Shown in pieces: positions 27,929-37,006 of a stretch of DNA of 37,006 nt. The DNA is from Promethearchaeota archaeon (GTDB lineage Archaea; Asgardarchaeota; Lokiarchaeia; Sigyniarchaeales; SOKP01). The notes beneath the pieces were generated by a model that worked only from the letters and a program-made list of their open reading frames with translations, was not told the DNA's origin and made no database searches. Location: assembly GCA_048938855.1 (NCBI GenBank), contig JBHLLT010000030.1:1-37006 (forward strand), written 5' to 3'. The position numbers and the translations under genes are program-made. Within the stretch, counting starts at the first letter, position 1. Each line of letters begins with the position of its first letter.

Positions 27929-29743
27929 ATGTCAATAGTAGATGTCATTTTAGATTTTATTTTTAATCCTTGGTTCATTGTCTCTTTAGTATTTTGGATT
28001 TTTGTCTTTCTTCTAATTTGGCTTCTGAGGAATAAAAAAGAGGCATACTATCTCTGGTTTCCATTACTTGCAATGTTTAAAACAAAGAAATTAAATAACT
28101 TTATAATGAAAACTGGGAAAAAAGCTCCTAAGTTTTGGAAAATTTTCTGGACAATTGGAATATTTGTATCTTTTAGTTTTAGCATCTATGCTTTATATTT
28201 CTTATTTTCAAACTTTATAGGATTAATTATAAGACCAAGACTCGAACAAGTTATATTCCCTATTATTCCAGGACTTACAATCGATCTACCTACGTTGTTT
28301 TATTTAATCCTCCCATTATTATTTATTTTAACAACTCATGAATTTGCCCATGGTATTTCTGCAAGTGCTGATGGTGTAGATGTTAAATCAACTGGTGTTC
28401 TAGGAGCAGGAGTATTCTTCCTAATAGGATTTGGTGCTTTCGTAGAAGTTGATGAAAGAGAACTAAGCTCCAAAAAATTTAAAAGAAATACAAGACTAAG
28501 AATCGCTGCAGCAGGGACTTATGTTAATGGAATGACTGCGGGAGTAGCGTTCATCTTATTTTTATGTTTTCCCCTTATGATTGCTCCTTTCTATACTCAA
28601 GTTGCTCAAGTGAATAGTGTGCAGTTAAAAGTTGATGGAGGATTCAATGAGGGAAAACTAGATGCTCATGACGTCATCCTCGCAATAAAACAGGAAGGTG
28701 CTGGAGATGAAGAATATGTGTATCTTGACAATTATGCCGGTAAAACACTCAATAATATCTTGAATAACGGAACGAGTTTGCAATGTTCTATTGGAGACAA
28801 CTTAACTTTCAATATCTATACACCTTCTAATGATAGCTATTCAGAAAAAAATGTACTAGTAGGTCCTCGCTACAATATTGGAATTGCCTATCAATATATT
28901 TCTGATACAGAACTAAAAATAAATAAAATCTATTCTGCAAGTGAGGGGGGAAATAATTATGATAAAAATTTATCCATTGGTGTGATAATTGAAGGAATAA
29001 ATGGAGTATCAATTAATCGATCTAACGGAAATACATTAGAGAAAGCACTTACAGTATTTAACTTAAACAGTATTAATATTAGTTCAGCTACTGACACTTA
29101 TGTTTTAGACGTTGAAACTATTGGCGTAAAGATTGGAATCTATAGTAATTCATACTTTATGTTTAAAAATGATTTTGCCAAATTCTTTACAAGTGCCTGG
29201 CCAGATTTTTGGTTAAAAGAAATAGTATGGCTTTATGCCATCGCTTTTAGTGTCACCATATTTAATATGCTTCCTTTACCGGTATTTGATGGAGATAGAA
29301 TAGCAAAAGAATTACTCAACTGGGGTTTTGGTGAAGAATATAAATCCATAAAAAAGAAAAAAGATAAAATCAAAATTAATAAAGAAGACCTAAATCTCAA
29401 TTTGACAGAATATAGGGTAGAAAAAATTGATTCTGTCAAAATTATAATAGAAGATAAATCTAATTTGAGAGGAAAGAGTGAGATAATTTTAGCTGAAGAT
29501 AAGTATCATCTAATTGATAAAATTGGTGATGGCTTTAAAGATACAGTTGTGTTAGATCTTCCTCCATACACGAATTTAGATGAAGGAGCTGAAGTTGAAG
29601 TATCTTATGAATATTGGTATGATGAAAAACAAAAAATAAAAAGACCAATTTTAAATATTCTCCGGTATATCACCTTGTTCATTGTTGCTGGAAATTTTAT
29701 CTTATCTATTGTAAAATTTGGTGGATTAATTTTTTGGATTTAA
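27929..29743 (+). CDS. Site-2 protease (M50) with PDZ-like insert(s)
   Basis: HEFAH, GAFVE, RIAAAG..VN, FNMLPLPVFDG; multiple TM segments; ~200-aa soluble insert. Confidence 0.92.
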   Translation: MSIVDVILDFIFNPWFIVSLVFWIFVFLLIWLLRNKKEAYYLWFPLLAMFKTKKLNNFIMKTGKKAPKFWKIFWTIGIFVSFSFSIYALYFLFSNFIGLIIRPRLEQVIFPIIPGLTIDLPTLFYLILPLLFILTTHEFAHGISASADGVDVKSTGVLGAGVFFLIGFGAFVEVDERELSSKKFKRNTRLRIAAAGTYVNGMTAGVAFILFLCFPLMIAPFYTQVAQVNSVQLKVDGGFNEGKLDAHDVILAIKQEGAGDEEYVYLDNYAGKTLNNILNNGTSLQCSIGDNLTFNIYTPSNDSYSEKNVLVGPRYNIGIAYQYISDTELKINKIYSASEGGNNYDKNLSIGVIIEGINGVSINRSNGNTLEKALTVFNLNSINISSATDTYVLDVETIGVKIGIYSNSYFMFKNDFAKFFTSAWPDFWLKEIVWLYAIAFSVTIFNMLPLPVFDGDRIAKELLNWGFGEEYKSIKKKKDKIKINKEDLNLNLTEYRVEKIDSVKIIIEDKSNLRGKSEIILAEDKYHLIDKIGDGFKDTVVLDLPPYTNLDEGAEVEVSYEYWYDEKQKIKRPILNILRYITLFIVAGNFILSIVKFGGLIFWI

Positions 29744-29774
29744 TCCTTAACTATTACTTTTTTACAGAACATCT

Positions 29775-30752
29775 ATGAGTAATTATAAAATTTATTTAAA
29801 AAATGGAAAATGCTCAAAATGCAACAATACCCTAGTAATTCAAAGAAAATATTCTGGGGAAAATCTCTGCCCAGAGTGCTTCCAGAAAAATATTGAAAAA
29901 ATTGTTTATAAAACAATTTCGAAATATAAAATGCTAAAAAAAAGCGATAAAATTATTGTGGCGCTCTCTGGAGGAAAGGATTCAATTTCGCTTACTTATA
30001 ATCTGAATAAAATTCAAAATCGAGTTCATCATTCCAGACCAATTTCTGCTCTGATTATAGATGAGGGAATTCAAGACTATAGAGAAAGAAGTATTAAGAA
30101 AGCAACTGATTTCTGCAAAAAAAATGATATTGAATATAAAATTATTTCATTCAAGGAAAGAATCGGTATTACATTGGATGAAATCATTAAAATGAAAAGA
30201 GAAACTCCTGATTATAAATATGCGTGCAATTACTGTGCTACAATTAGAAGGAGATTACTAAATGACGGAGCAAGAGAATTAGGAGGCACCGTATTAGCAA
30301 TGGGGCATAATCTTACAGATTTCGCAGAAACGTTTCTCATGAATCTTCTCTATAAACGTCTAGACATTATTGCAAACCAATATTTCTTCAAGGAGGAGAA
30401 TAATAAATTAAGCCAATTCTACATTAAAAAAATTTCTCCATTAATCAGAATTCCTGAAGAAGAAATTTACTTATATGCTAACATTAAAAAATTTGATTAT
30501 TATGCTTCCCATTGTTTCTATAGAGAACAGGATCCAATAATCAGAAAAAGAGCTTTAGATTTTATTCAAGAATGTAAAAAATACAGTCCAGAGATTGAAT
30601 TTAATTTATTACAAGGATTTTTGGAGTTATCTGAAATACTTTATCATCATAGAGAAAAAGTCAAATATAATTCATGTCAAAATTGTGGTTATCCATGTGG
30701 TAAAGGGAAGCTCTGTAATTATTGCATCTATATCAAAGAGTTTTCTCATTAA
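29775..30752 (+). CDS. tRNA 2-thiolation protein (TtuA/NcsA/Ncs6 family)
   Basis: N-terminal CxxC...CxxC, SGGKDS PP-loop, ACNYC...RR, GHNLTD, C-terminal CxxCG...CxxC. Confidence 0.9.
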   Translation: MSNYKIYLKNGKCSKCNNTLVIQRKYSGENLCPECFQKNIEKIVYKTISKYKMLKKSDKIIVALSGGKDSISLTYNLNKIQNRVHHSRPISALIIDEGIQDYRERSIKKATDFCKKNDIEYKIISFKERIGITLDEIIKMKRETPDYKYACNYCATIRRRLLNDGARELGGTVLAMGHNLTDFAETFLMNLLYKRLDIIANQYFFKEENNKLSQFYIKKISPLIRIPEEEIYLYANIKKFDYYASHCFYREQDPIIRKRALDFIQECKKYSPEIEFNLLQGFLELSEILYHHREKVKYNSCQNCGYPCGKGKLCNYCIYIKEFSH

Positions 30753-31738
30753 TCTTCTTTAATAAGGAATTCTGCCATTTCCTTTAGTTTCTTATATTCT
30801 CTAACTTCTTCCTTAAATAAAGGCACTTCAATCAAATTTTTATTTAATTTATCTCGAAAGATATTCTTTATTTTATTCAGATTTTTCTGTTGCATTTTTC
30901 TTCTACCTACACAAAACTCACATAATTCAGGAGTGTTTGGATATAGTTGATTCACTACAATGTTCGAAACTGGAATCTCATATTTAACCAATTCGTTTAA
31001 TAGTCGACCAGTTTCTAATATTGCCATTTCCTCGGGAATAGTTACTATTATAAAAGAATTTTTTATAGGATTAGTAAGATCTTCTCGTGCATTTAATATT
31101 GATTGATTTAACCTTTCTAACACTTCTAATGAATTATCAGAGTCCTTCTCTTCTCGGGCAAACATCCTCTTTATTGCACTAAACATGCTCCCTATTCTCA
31201 TTCTCATTTTTATTAATTTGCCTATCCATCCTGATAAGGTTTCAGGGAGTCCCAATAATCTTAGGGTGTGCCCTGTTGGTGCAGTATCAAAAATAACCAA
31301 GTCAAAATTGTGTTCAGTCTCAATAAATTCTAAAATTTTAGCAAATGCTAGAGCCTCATCAATTCCTGGAGGATTCATTGAAGTTAAATCTTCTAGATCA
31401 CCAAATAATTCCATTCCTGCAGCCATATCGCCCATTCCCATTTCTTCTAAAGGATTCATATCAGTTAATCCTTTAAATTCTGCCATATTGGCTTTTGGAT
31501 TAATTTCTAAAGCAGTTAAATTCTCAATATTCTCAATGGGAGTAGGAATTCCAGGAGGTAATTCAACACCTAAACTATCACCTAAAGAGTGTGCGGGATC
31601 AGTACTTATAATTAGCGTATTTCTTCCATGTTCCGCTGCCCATATGGCTGAACTTGCAGCACAACTTGTTTTTCCAACTCCACCTTTACCTCCAAACATT
31701 AAAATTTTCAATCTTAACAACGCTTCTCTTAATTCCAT
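30749..31738 (-). CDS. GET3/TRC40/ArsA family ATPase
   Basis: GGKGGVGKT, STDPAHSLGD, PGIDEA, FDTAPTGHTLRLL, Met-rich groove segments, CEFC motif. Confidence 0.92.
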   Translation of the reverse strand: MELREALLRLKILMFGGKGGVGKTSCAASSAIWAAEHGRNTLIISTDPAHSLGDSLGVELPPGIPTPIENIENLTALEINPKANMAEFKGLTDMNPLEEMGMGDMAAGMELFGDLEDLTSMNPPGIDEALAFAKILEFIETEHNFDLVIFDTAPTGHTLRLLGLPETLSGWIGKLIKMRMRIGSMFSAIKRMFAREEKDSDNSLEVLERLNQSILNAREDLTNPIKNSFIIVTIPEEMAILETGRLLNELVKYEIPVSNIVVNQLYPNTPELCEFCVGRRKMQQKNLNKIKNIFRDKLNKNLIEVPLFKEEVREYKKLKEMAEFLIKED

Positions 31739-31789
31739 TTTGAATTTACCAACCTCAATTTTTTTTTTAAAAATAGATGAATCATTTTT

Positions 31790-33064
31790 TTAATAGTCAA
31801 TTTTATATCGAAGAATAGCAGCAATACCACCAAAAGTGCTATATAACATTTCTCCTTCTTCCGTTCCTGTAGATAAAATATCAACTTCTGCTCCTGTTGC
31901 TTCAGCTATCTCCCCTAATTCTACAATTATTGATTTTTTTTCAACAACGCTAAAGCTGTTTGAATTACATTGAGGACAAGAATCATCTCCCACATCATTG
32001 CTATGACTCTCTAAATCTGCTTCTTTAACGGACTTAGATTCAGAATAACCACAATTAGAACATTCTGATTTTACTTTATATAAATCTAGTCTTTCTGAAA
32101 GTAGAAGAGTATCAACAACCCCATAATTCAACGCTTTTTTAATATCCTCCAATCCATAAGATGCTAATCCTGTATCCGTCGATATCTCTTTCATAAAGCG
32201 TTGCATGATTTGTTTTTCTCGGATATATTTTACATCCTCAATTTTATCCTTCACTTTTTCAATTAATGCTCGTATTCCTTCTGTACCACCATAACCTAGA
32301 TCAACAACATCTAATATTTTATCTCTTAACCTATAATCTAAACTCTCATCACTAACAAACTTCTCTTTAGATTGACCTGGACCACCAACAAATATTCCTC
32401 GCAAATCTTCTATTGGTAAAAAAAGTTTATTGACAGTATCTGAGATACTACGATAAAATTGTTTTTCACCTTCTTCGATTAATCTTTCAAATCTTCTCTG
32501 AGACTGACCTCCAGCACTAAATTTTCCATGGATTCCAGAAGTGAATTCTCTAATAACTTCTACATTATTTCCTCTAATATAACCTACTGCTGACTTAGCT
32601 CTACCAATAACCAATAACCCATAAGTTTCTCTAGGAGTCAACATTTCCTCTAAAGGCCATAAGAGGAATTCACTCGCACAATGATATCTAAACGTAGTAA
32701 CTTTATCAGGGGGCTCTACTATGGTCAACTCATTTCTCTCTGTCCCGGGAGTATTGCTTTGGGGTATAGCTCCAGAAAACATAACTAAGCCATTTTCGGG
32801 AATATCATTTATATTTTTTAATTGGCCTAAAAGACTATTTATACTATCTAACACGTTTTTCCTAGTTAATTTTGATTTTATGTTTTGACTTTCACTGATT
32901 TCATTCTTTAAATGATTAGTTACATCTGATACTTTCCTATCATGGGGAATATATACTGATATCAATTCTGTATGAAACCCTTTTTTACTTTTAAGTTCCT
33001 CTATTATTTTTTTTGTCTTATAAAAACTCAAATCCTTGGGCTTCTTTTTCTCTTCGTTGGTCAT
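31790..33064 (-). CDS. prf1: Peptide chain release factor aRF1
   Basis: TELISVYIP, NIKS, YHC, GGQSQRRFERL, FGGIAAILRY; CxxC/CxxC minidomain. Confidence 0.97.
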   Translation of the reverse strand: MTNEEKKKPKDLSFYKTKKIIEELKSKKGFHTELISVYIPHDRKVSDVTNHLKNEISESQNIKSKLTRKNVLDSINSLLGQLKNINDIPENGLVMFSGAIPQSNTPGTERNELTIVEPPDKVTTFRYHCASEFLLWPLEEMLTPRETYGLLVIGRAKSAVGYIRGNNVEVIREFTSGIHGKFSAGGQSQRRFERLIEEGEKQFYRSISDTVNKLFLPIEDLRGIFVGGPGQSKEKFVSDESLDYRLRDKILDVVDLGYGGTEGIRALIEKVKDKIEDVKYIREKQIMQRFMKEISTDTGLASYGLEDIKKALNYGVVDTLLLSERLDLYKVKSECSNCGYSESKSVKEADLESHSNDVGDDSCPQCNSNSFSVVEKKSIIVELGEIAEATGAEVDILSTGTEEGEMLYSTFGGIAAILRYKIDY

Positions 33065-33158
33065 ACTTATCTACAAAAATATAAAATTATACAAAAGATT
33101 AATAGTTTTTCTTTATATCCTCCTATATAAAGAACAATATTAATTGTCTTGAAATATT

Positions 33159-33956
33159 ATGAATCCGAATGAAAACCAATATCATACTGTCCCTAAATCT
33201 CACCCACGCTATGAAAGTCTAAAATATCGTCATAAAATTATTGAAGGTATGAAAAAACTGGTTGTTGCAGAAGCTGGATTAATTGCACATGGAAGAGGAG
33301 AGTGTTTTGATTATATACTAGGTGAAAGAACTACTGATGTTGCGAAAAAAGCCATAAAAGCCGCTGTAGCCTCTTTATTGTTAGCTGAAAGACCTGTTAT
33401 CAGTGTAAATGGAAATGTTGCCGCTTTAATACCTGAGGAGCTTGTGACACTGTCCAATTTAGTTAAGGCACCTCTTGAAATTAATTTATTTTATCAAAAA
33501 AAAGGAAGAATCAAAGCAATTAAAAATGCTTTACAGAAAGCAGGTGCTACAGAAATATATGGAGTTGATCCAGATAAAATGATCGAACTCAGTGGCCTTG
33601 AAAGTAATAGGAGAAAAGTGGAATTAATAGCACAAGCAGATTTAGTTATGGTTCCACTAGAAGATGGAGATCGAACTGAAGCTTTAAAAAAACTAAAGAA
33701 AACTGTCATTGCGGTTGATTTAAATCCATTAAGCAGGACTTCAGTATGGGCAGATATAACTATTGTTGATAATATAGTAAGAACTATTCCTGAAATGATA
33801 AAAATTGTAGAAGAGTTAAGAAATCTAACTAGAGAACAACTAGAAGATATTGTTAAAGACTTCGATAACAAGAAAAATATTCAAGATAATCTAACTCTAA
33901 TTATTAGCTATATTAAAAACCAAAAAGAAACTGTTTTTGATACAATTGAAATCTAA
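33159..33956 (+). CDS. 4-phosphopantoate--beta-alanine ligase (archaeal phosphopantothenate synthetase)
   Basis: P.SHPRYESL, GLIAHGRGE.FDY..GE, SVNGN, VPLEDGDR, VDLNPLSRT. Confidence 0.93.
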   Translation: MNPNENQYHTVPKSHPRYESLKYRHKIIEGMKKLVVAEAGLIAHGRGECFDYILGERTTDVAKKAIKAAVASLLLAERPVISVNGNVAALIPEELVTLSNLVKAPLEINLFYQKKGRIKAIKNALQKAGATEIYGVDPDKMIELSGLESNRRKVELIAQADLVMVPLEDGDRTEALKKLKKTVIAVDLNPLSRTSVWADITIVDNIVRTIPEMIKIVEELRNLTREQLEDIVKDFDNKKNIQDNLTLIISYIKNQKETVFDTIEI

Positions 33957-34063
33957 TTTTACTCGACAAATTCTTTTTAATAAAAGGTTAAAAGTTATTA
34001 ATTTTATATTCCATATATTGTTAAGGCTGTTTGTTATATACAAAATAAGAGACGCTTATTACA

Positions 34064-34597
34064 ATGACCACAAATAAAGATACTGAGACAAAGATCTTTG
34101 ATAATACAAATATTGATTTGGAATTCATTATAAGAAGATGTACATTAGAAGATTTAGACACTGTAATTGAAATAAATGAACGAGAATTACCCGAAGATTA
34201 CCCTTATTTTTTCTATAAAAGCATACTTGATAATTTTCCAGAATGCTTCTTAGTTGCTCAAAATAGAAATGGTGAAGTAATTGCCTACATAATGTGGAGA
34301 GTTGAGAAAGCTCCAGCAGCTAATATTTTAAAATATGTTAATAAAGGACATTTAGTATCAATTGCAGTCTCAGAAAAATACAGAAGAAAGGGAGTTGCTA
34401 ACGCTTTATTGTCAAGTAGTATGGCTGCCATAAAAAAATACAAAATTAAACAATATGTGCTTGAAGTAAGAGTCTCTAACTACACCGCAATCAGATTATA
34501 TGAAAAATATAATTTCAAAGCCGAAAGTATCAAGCAAAATTATTATCGAGATGGAGAAAACGCGTATTTTATGATTTTAGATGTAAAAAAATCTTAA
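34064..34597 (+). CDS. N-terminal acetyltransferase (RimI/Ard1-like GNAT)
   Basis: LPEDYP, GHLVSIAV...RRKGVA, LEVRVSN..AI.LY, YYRDGENA. Confidence 0.9.
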   Translation: MTTNKDTETKIFDNTNIDLEFIIRRCTLEDLDTVIEINERELPEDYPYFFYKSILDNFPECFLVAQNRNGEVIAYIMWRVEKAPAANILKYVNKGHLVSIAVSEKYRRKGVANALLSSSMAAIKKYKIKQYVLEVRVSNYTAIRLYEKYNFKAESIKQNYYRDGENAYFMILDVKKS

Positions 34598-35589
34598 ATT
34601 TTCGATCGCTCTAAGCCTCTTATTAACAACGTCAAAGATTCATTAAAAGGCACTTTAATTCCTAATTCTCCAGCATATTTTAAGATTTTCCCATTCATAT
34701 ATTCAATTTCAGTCGGCTTTTTGTTTAAAATATCTTGAAGCATTGAATTCTTATTCATAGCTGTTTTTTGAGCTACATTATGGGCAATTGAAACATAATC
34801 TCTTTTGGAAAGTTTTATTTTCTTTAATTTTGCTACCATAACAGCTTCATTAATAGCTTCTTCCATTATATATTTTAACCCTTCTACTTCTAATATTTTT
34901 CCATTAGGTAATCGTGTTAGAGCCCCCAATGCGTTTATTCCAATATTTACTAAAACTTTCTCCCAACATTCACTAATTATATCTTCTGCAATTATTGTCT
35001 CTAAACCAGCTAAATTCAATAGATCTTTTAATGTATTTATATCAGATCTAGCCTTCTCTTTTATCTGTTCTTCTAAATTAAGTTCATTCAGAAATGGAAA
35101 CCCAATCTTAGTCATTCCTTCTCCTGTATGAAGTACTCGCCCTGGTTTATCTGAAAATGCTCCAGCTGACGTTACAATTCTTATAATTTTTGATTTCTCA
35201 CAATAAGGAATAATTATATCCTCATTTCCAATCCCATTCTGCAAGATCACTACCCATTTGCTTTTATCAATTAATCTTTTGTACTGGCGCACAGCTTCCT
35301 CGCTATCATAAGCCTTGGTTGTAAGGAAAAGGAAATCAAATCCATTTGTAGAATCTTTCTCAAAAACTTTTTCATTTTCGTATGCTTTGATGTTCTTAAT
35401 TACCTTCCTCTTTTGATTACTAATTAAAACTAATCCCTTCTTGTTCACCTTATCCGCATGAAGCTTTTTACAAAAAAAGATTACCTGAACTGAATAATTC
35501 TCAGATTTAATATCAGCTAAAAAACCTCCAAATAGACTCCCTATCGATCCCGCTCCAATAAAACCAATTTTGAGATTTGTAATTGTCAA
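34594..35589 (-). CDS. panE: 2-dehydropantoate 2-reductase
   Basis: GAGSIG, TKAYD, LQNGIG, WEKVLVN..IN, SMLQD, TEIEYMNG. Confidence 0.92.
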   Translation of the reverse strand: MTITNLKIGFIGAGSIGSLFGGFLADIKSENYSVQVIFFCKKLHADKVNKKGLVLISNQKRKVIKNIKAYENEKVFEKDSTNGFDFLFLTTKAYDSEEAVRQYKRLIDKSKWVVILQNGIGNEDIIIPYCEKSKIIRIVTSAGAFSDKPGRVLHTGEGMTKIGFPFLNELNLEEQIKEKARSDINTLKDLLNLAGLETIIAEDIISECWEKVLVNIGINALGALTRLPNGKILEVEGLKYIMEEAINEAVMVAKLKKIKLSKRDYVSIAHNVAQKTAMNKNSMLQDILNKKPTEIEYMNGKILKYAGELGIKVPFNESLTLLIRGLERSKI

Positions 35590-35606
35590 GTTTCCTTTTG
35601 CCTTTA

Positions 35607-36485
35607 TTATTTCATAAATTTATCTAGTGCAACCTGCCCTTTTGAATATTCTCCTGACTTTTTCTTAAACGCCAATAGACTTATTTCTTCTGGTGATTTT
35701 TTTGGCTCGACTCCCAATTCTCTCATTAACATCAAAGAATTCTTTGCTGCATAGCCCGAGAAATGATTATTAAAATAAATTCCAACTTTGTCAGATTTCT
35801 GAAGGACCTCTCGAATTGGATGTGCCCATTTCTTTATCTCCTCTTCAGTAAAGCAATAATCAAACCATATATCTTTTCCATAACCATGAAATCTAATATA
35901 TGAGAACATCGGATTTGTAACATCCATCCTTGGAGGTAATAAAGGCTCAATTACAGCACAGTATGTCAAAGAATTGTCTTCCAAATAGCTAAATACTTCG
36001 GTATCCATCCATGATTTATCCCTAAATTCCACAACCAAATGGTAACCTTCTTTCTTAGGATTGCCTGACCAATTGTTAATAAATTGCTTTAAGTTGTCGA
36101 AATGTTCTTCCCTCTTAAAATACGGAGGCAACTGAATAAGAAAGGCAATTATTTTCCTTGATTCTATCAGTGGCTCCATTACTTTCAAAAAATAATCTAA
36201 CTTGTCTAAGCATAAATCTATATCTAATTTCGCTTCATGAGTAATTGATTGAGGAATTTTTACCGAAAATAAAAAATTAGCAGGTGTTTTACTCACCCAA
36301 TTTTCCACAATCTTTCTCGAAGGAATACTATAAAACGTGGTATTTATCTCATTCGTGTAAAAAATCTCTGAATAATATAACAAATAATCCTCTTTCCTTA
36401 ATCCCTTAGGATAAAAAGGCCCAACCCACTCGTCATATCCCCATCCTGATGTCCCTATCAAAACCTTCTGATCCGTCGTTCGCAC
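35607..36485 (-). CDS. DUF72 family protein
   Basis: IGTSGW.Y..W.G.FYP, EINTTFY, F.VK.P..ITH, LIQLPP, VEFR..SW, YIRFHG, YFNNH. Confidence 0.92.
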   Translation of the reverse strand: MRTTDQKVLIGTSGWGYDEWVGPFYPKGLRKEDYLLYYSEIFYTNEINTTFYSIPSRKIVENWVSKTPANFLFSVKIPQSITHEAKLDIDLCLDKLDYFLKVMEPLIESRKIIAFLIQLPPYFKREEHFDNLKQFINNWSGNPKKEGYHLVVEFRDKSWMDTEVFSYLEDNSLTYCAVIEPLLPPRMDVTNPMFSYIRFHGYGKDIWFDYCFTEEEIKKWAHPIREVLQKSDKVGIYFNNHFSGYAAKNSLMLMRELGVEPKKSPEEISLLAFKKKSGEYSKGQVALDKFMK

Positions 36486-36686
36486 CTTATCTTCTCTACT
36501 TCCAATAATTCCTTCGAACTCTTCTCCGTCTAATATTAATAATTTATGGTATTCATAATTAAACTTTAAAACTTACTATATTTTCTAATTTGTTCTCTCA
36601 ATCAAATCCCCTCTTCTCATTAAATCACCTATTATTAACCCCTTAACTAAGCATCCAATAATACCCTCCTCTACCTTATAACTTTT

Positions 36687-36971
36687 ACGAAACTAGACCA
36701 TAAAATTTTTAATCAAGGATTTATTCTTATATTTCGTCGCTGGTAGTTTTACCATCGATAATTATCGGTGAGAAAATATACCATCCACATGGATGATATA
36801 CACCTTTAATTAGCAACGCCTCGTGGAAGTATATCTAATAAGGCGAAACATGCGAGAAATTGAAAACAAAGACACGAACATGTAAAAATCTCCAAATACG
36901 GCGCATGGAGTACCCCATGAATCAGATATTACAGGAAACGATACGCTACGCTAAGCATGAAAATCATGCTC
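36687..36971 (-). ncRNA. Candidate structured RNA (ncRNA or long 5' leader), family unknown
   Basis: No long ORF seen; at least six stem-loops, several with G-U pairs only on the minus strand; begins about 28 nt downstream of the first T of a TATA box. 3' boundary uncertain. Confidence 0.45.
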
Positions 36972-36986
36972 ATAAGAACATACTCC

Positions 36987-37000
36987 CTTTATATATAAAG
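36987..37000. promoter_or_regulatory. Palindromic TATA box CTTTATATATAAAG
   Basis: Perfect 14-bp palindrome containing TTTATATA on both strands; spacing fits a minus-strand start near 36970. Confidence 0.55.
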
Positions 37001-37006
37001 TCTTCA

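Noticed and set aside
30749-31738. Arsenite-efflux ArsA function
   Set aside because: Single domain with GET3-like Met-rich groove and CxxC, and no arsB/acr3/arsR/arsD neighbours.
10624-33138. Similar TATATAA(A)GAACAAT strings upstream of mfnB (10624-10637) and phosphopantothenate synthetase (33124-33138)
   Set aside because: Only two copies, AT-rich, and at different distances from the start; compatible with chance or plain TATA boxes.
2315-35131. Antisense or nested ORFs in the track (2315, 4554, 7423, 11169, 11607, 12098, 12195, 12664, 17471, 17753, 19732, 20377, 22228, 24405, 24841, 26997, 28827, 29233, 31185, 33494, 34805)
   Set aside because: They lie opposite well-supported genes, have Ser/Ile/Phe-rich shadow composition and no motifs.
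36687-36971. RNase P RNA, SRP RNA or rRNA as the identity of the structured region
   Set aside because: No GAGGAAAGUCC-like P4 strand, no SRP helix-8 motif and no rRNA-like sequence recognised on either strand.
1-37006. CRISPR array, IS element, integrase/att sites or selenoprotein genes
   Set aside because: No repeat-spacer periodicity, transposase or integrase motifs, duplicated tRNA 3' ends, or in-frame TGA inside a conserved gene were seen by eye.

Overview
AT-rich, gene-dense archaeal chromosome segment, most consistent with an Asgard archaeon (Lokiarchaeia-like). Housekeeping genes (thermosome, Tsr3, RPA large and RPA32-like subunits, TFB, Rpo12, FtsZ, aIF1, aIF2beta, NMD3/Rio1/Dim2, aRF1, PyrH, CoA and methanofuran enzymes) are mixed with eukaryotic-signature proteins (tandem Roadblock, Rab-like GTPase, RING-like finger, C-terminally extended profilin, PAC2/PAC4-like chaperones, GET3, PDZ-containing site-2 protease). 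Reading the DNA adds features absent from the ORF track: a 5'-edge membrane-anchored HerA/VirD4-like ATPase, an aIF1/SUI1 gene with no in-frame ATG/GTG/TTG (probable ATT start), rpo12, and five tRNA genes carrying eight BHB-type introns, six at non-canonical sites (including a three-intron tRNA-Asn and a tRNA-Leu that overlaps the stop codon of the upstream CDS). A candidate promoter-driven structured RNA lies at the right edge. No CRISPR array, rRNA or mobile element was recognised. All calls are by eye from motifs; no database searches were run.
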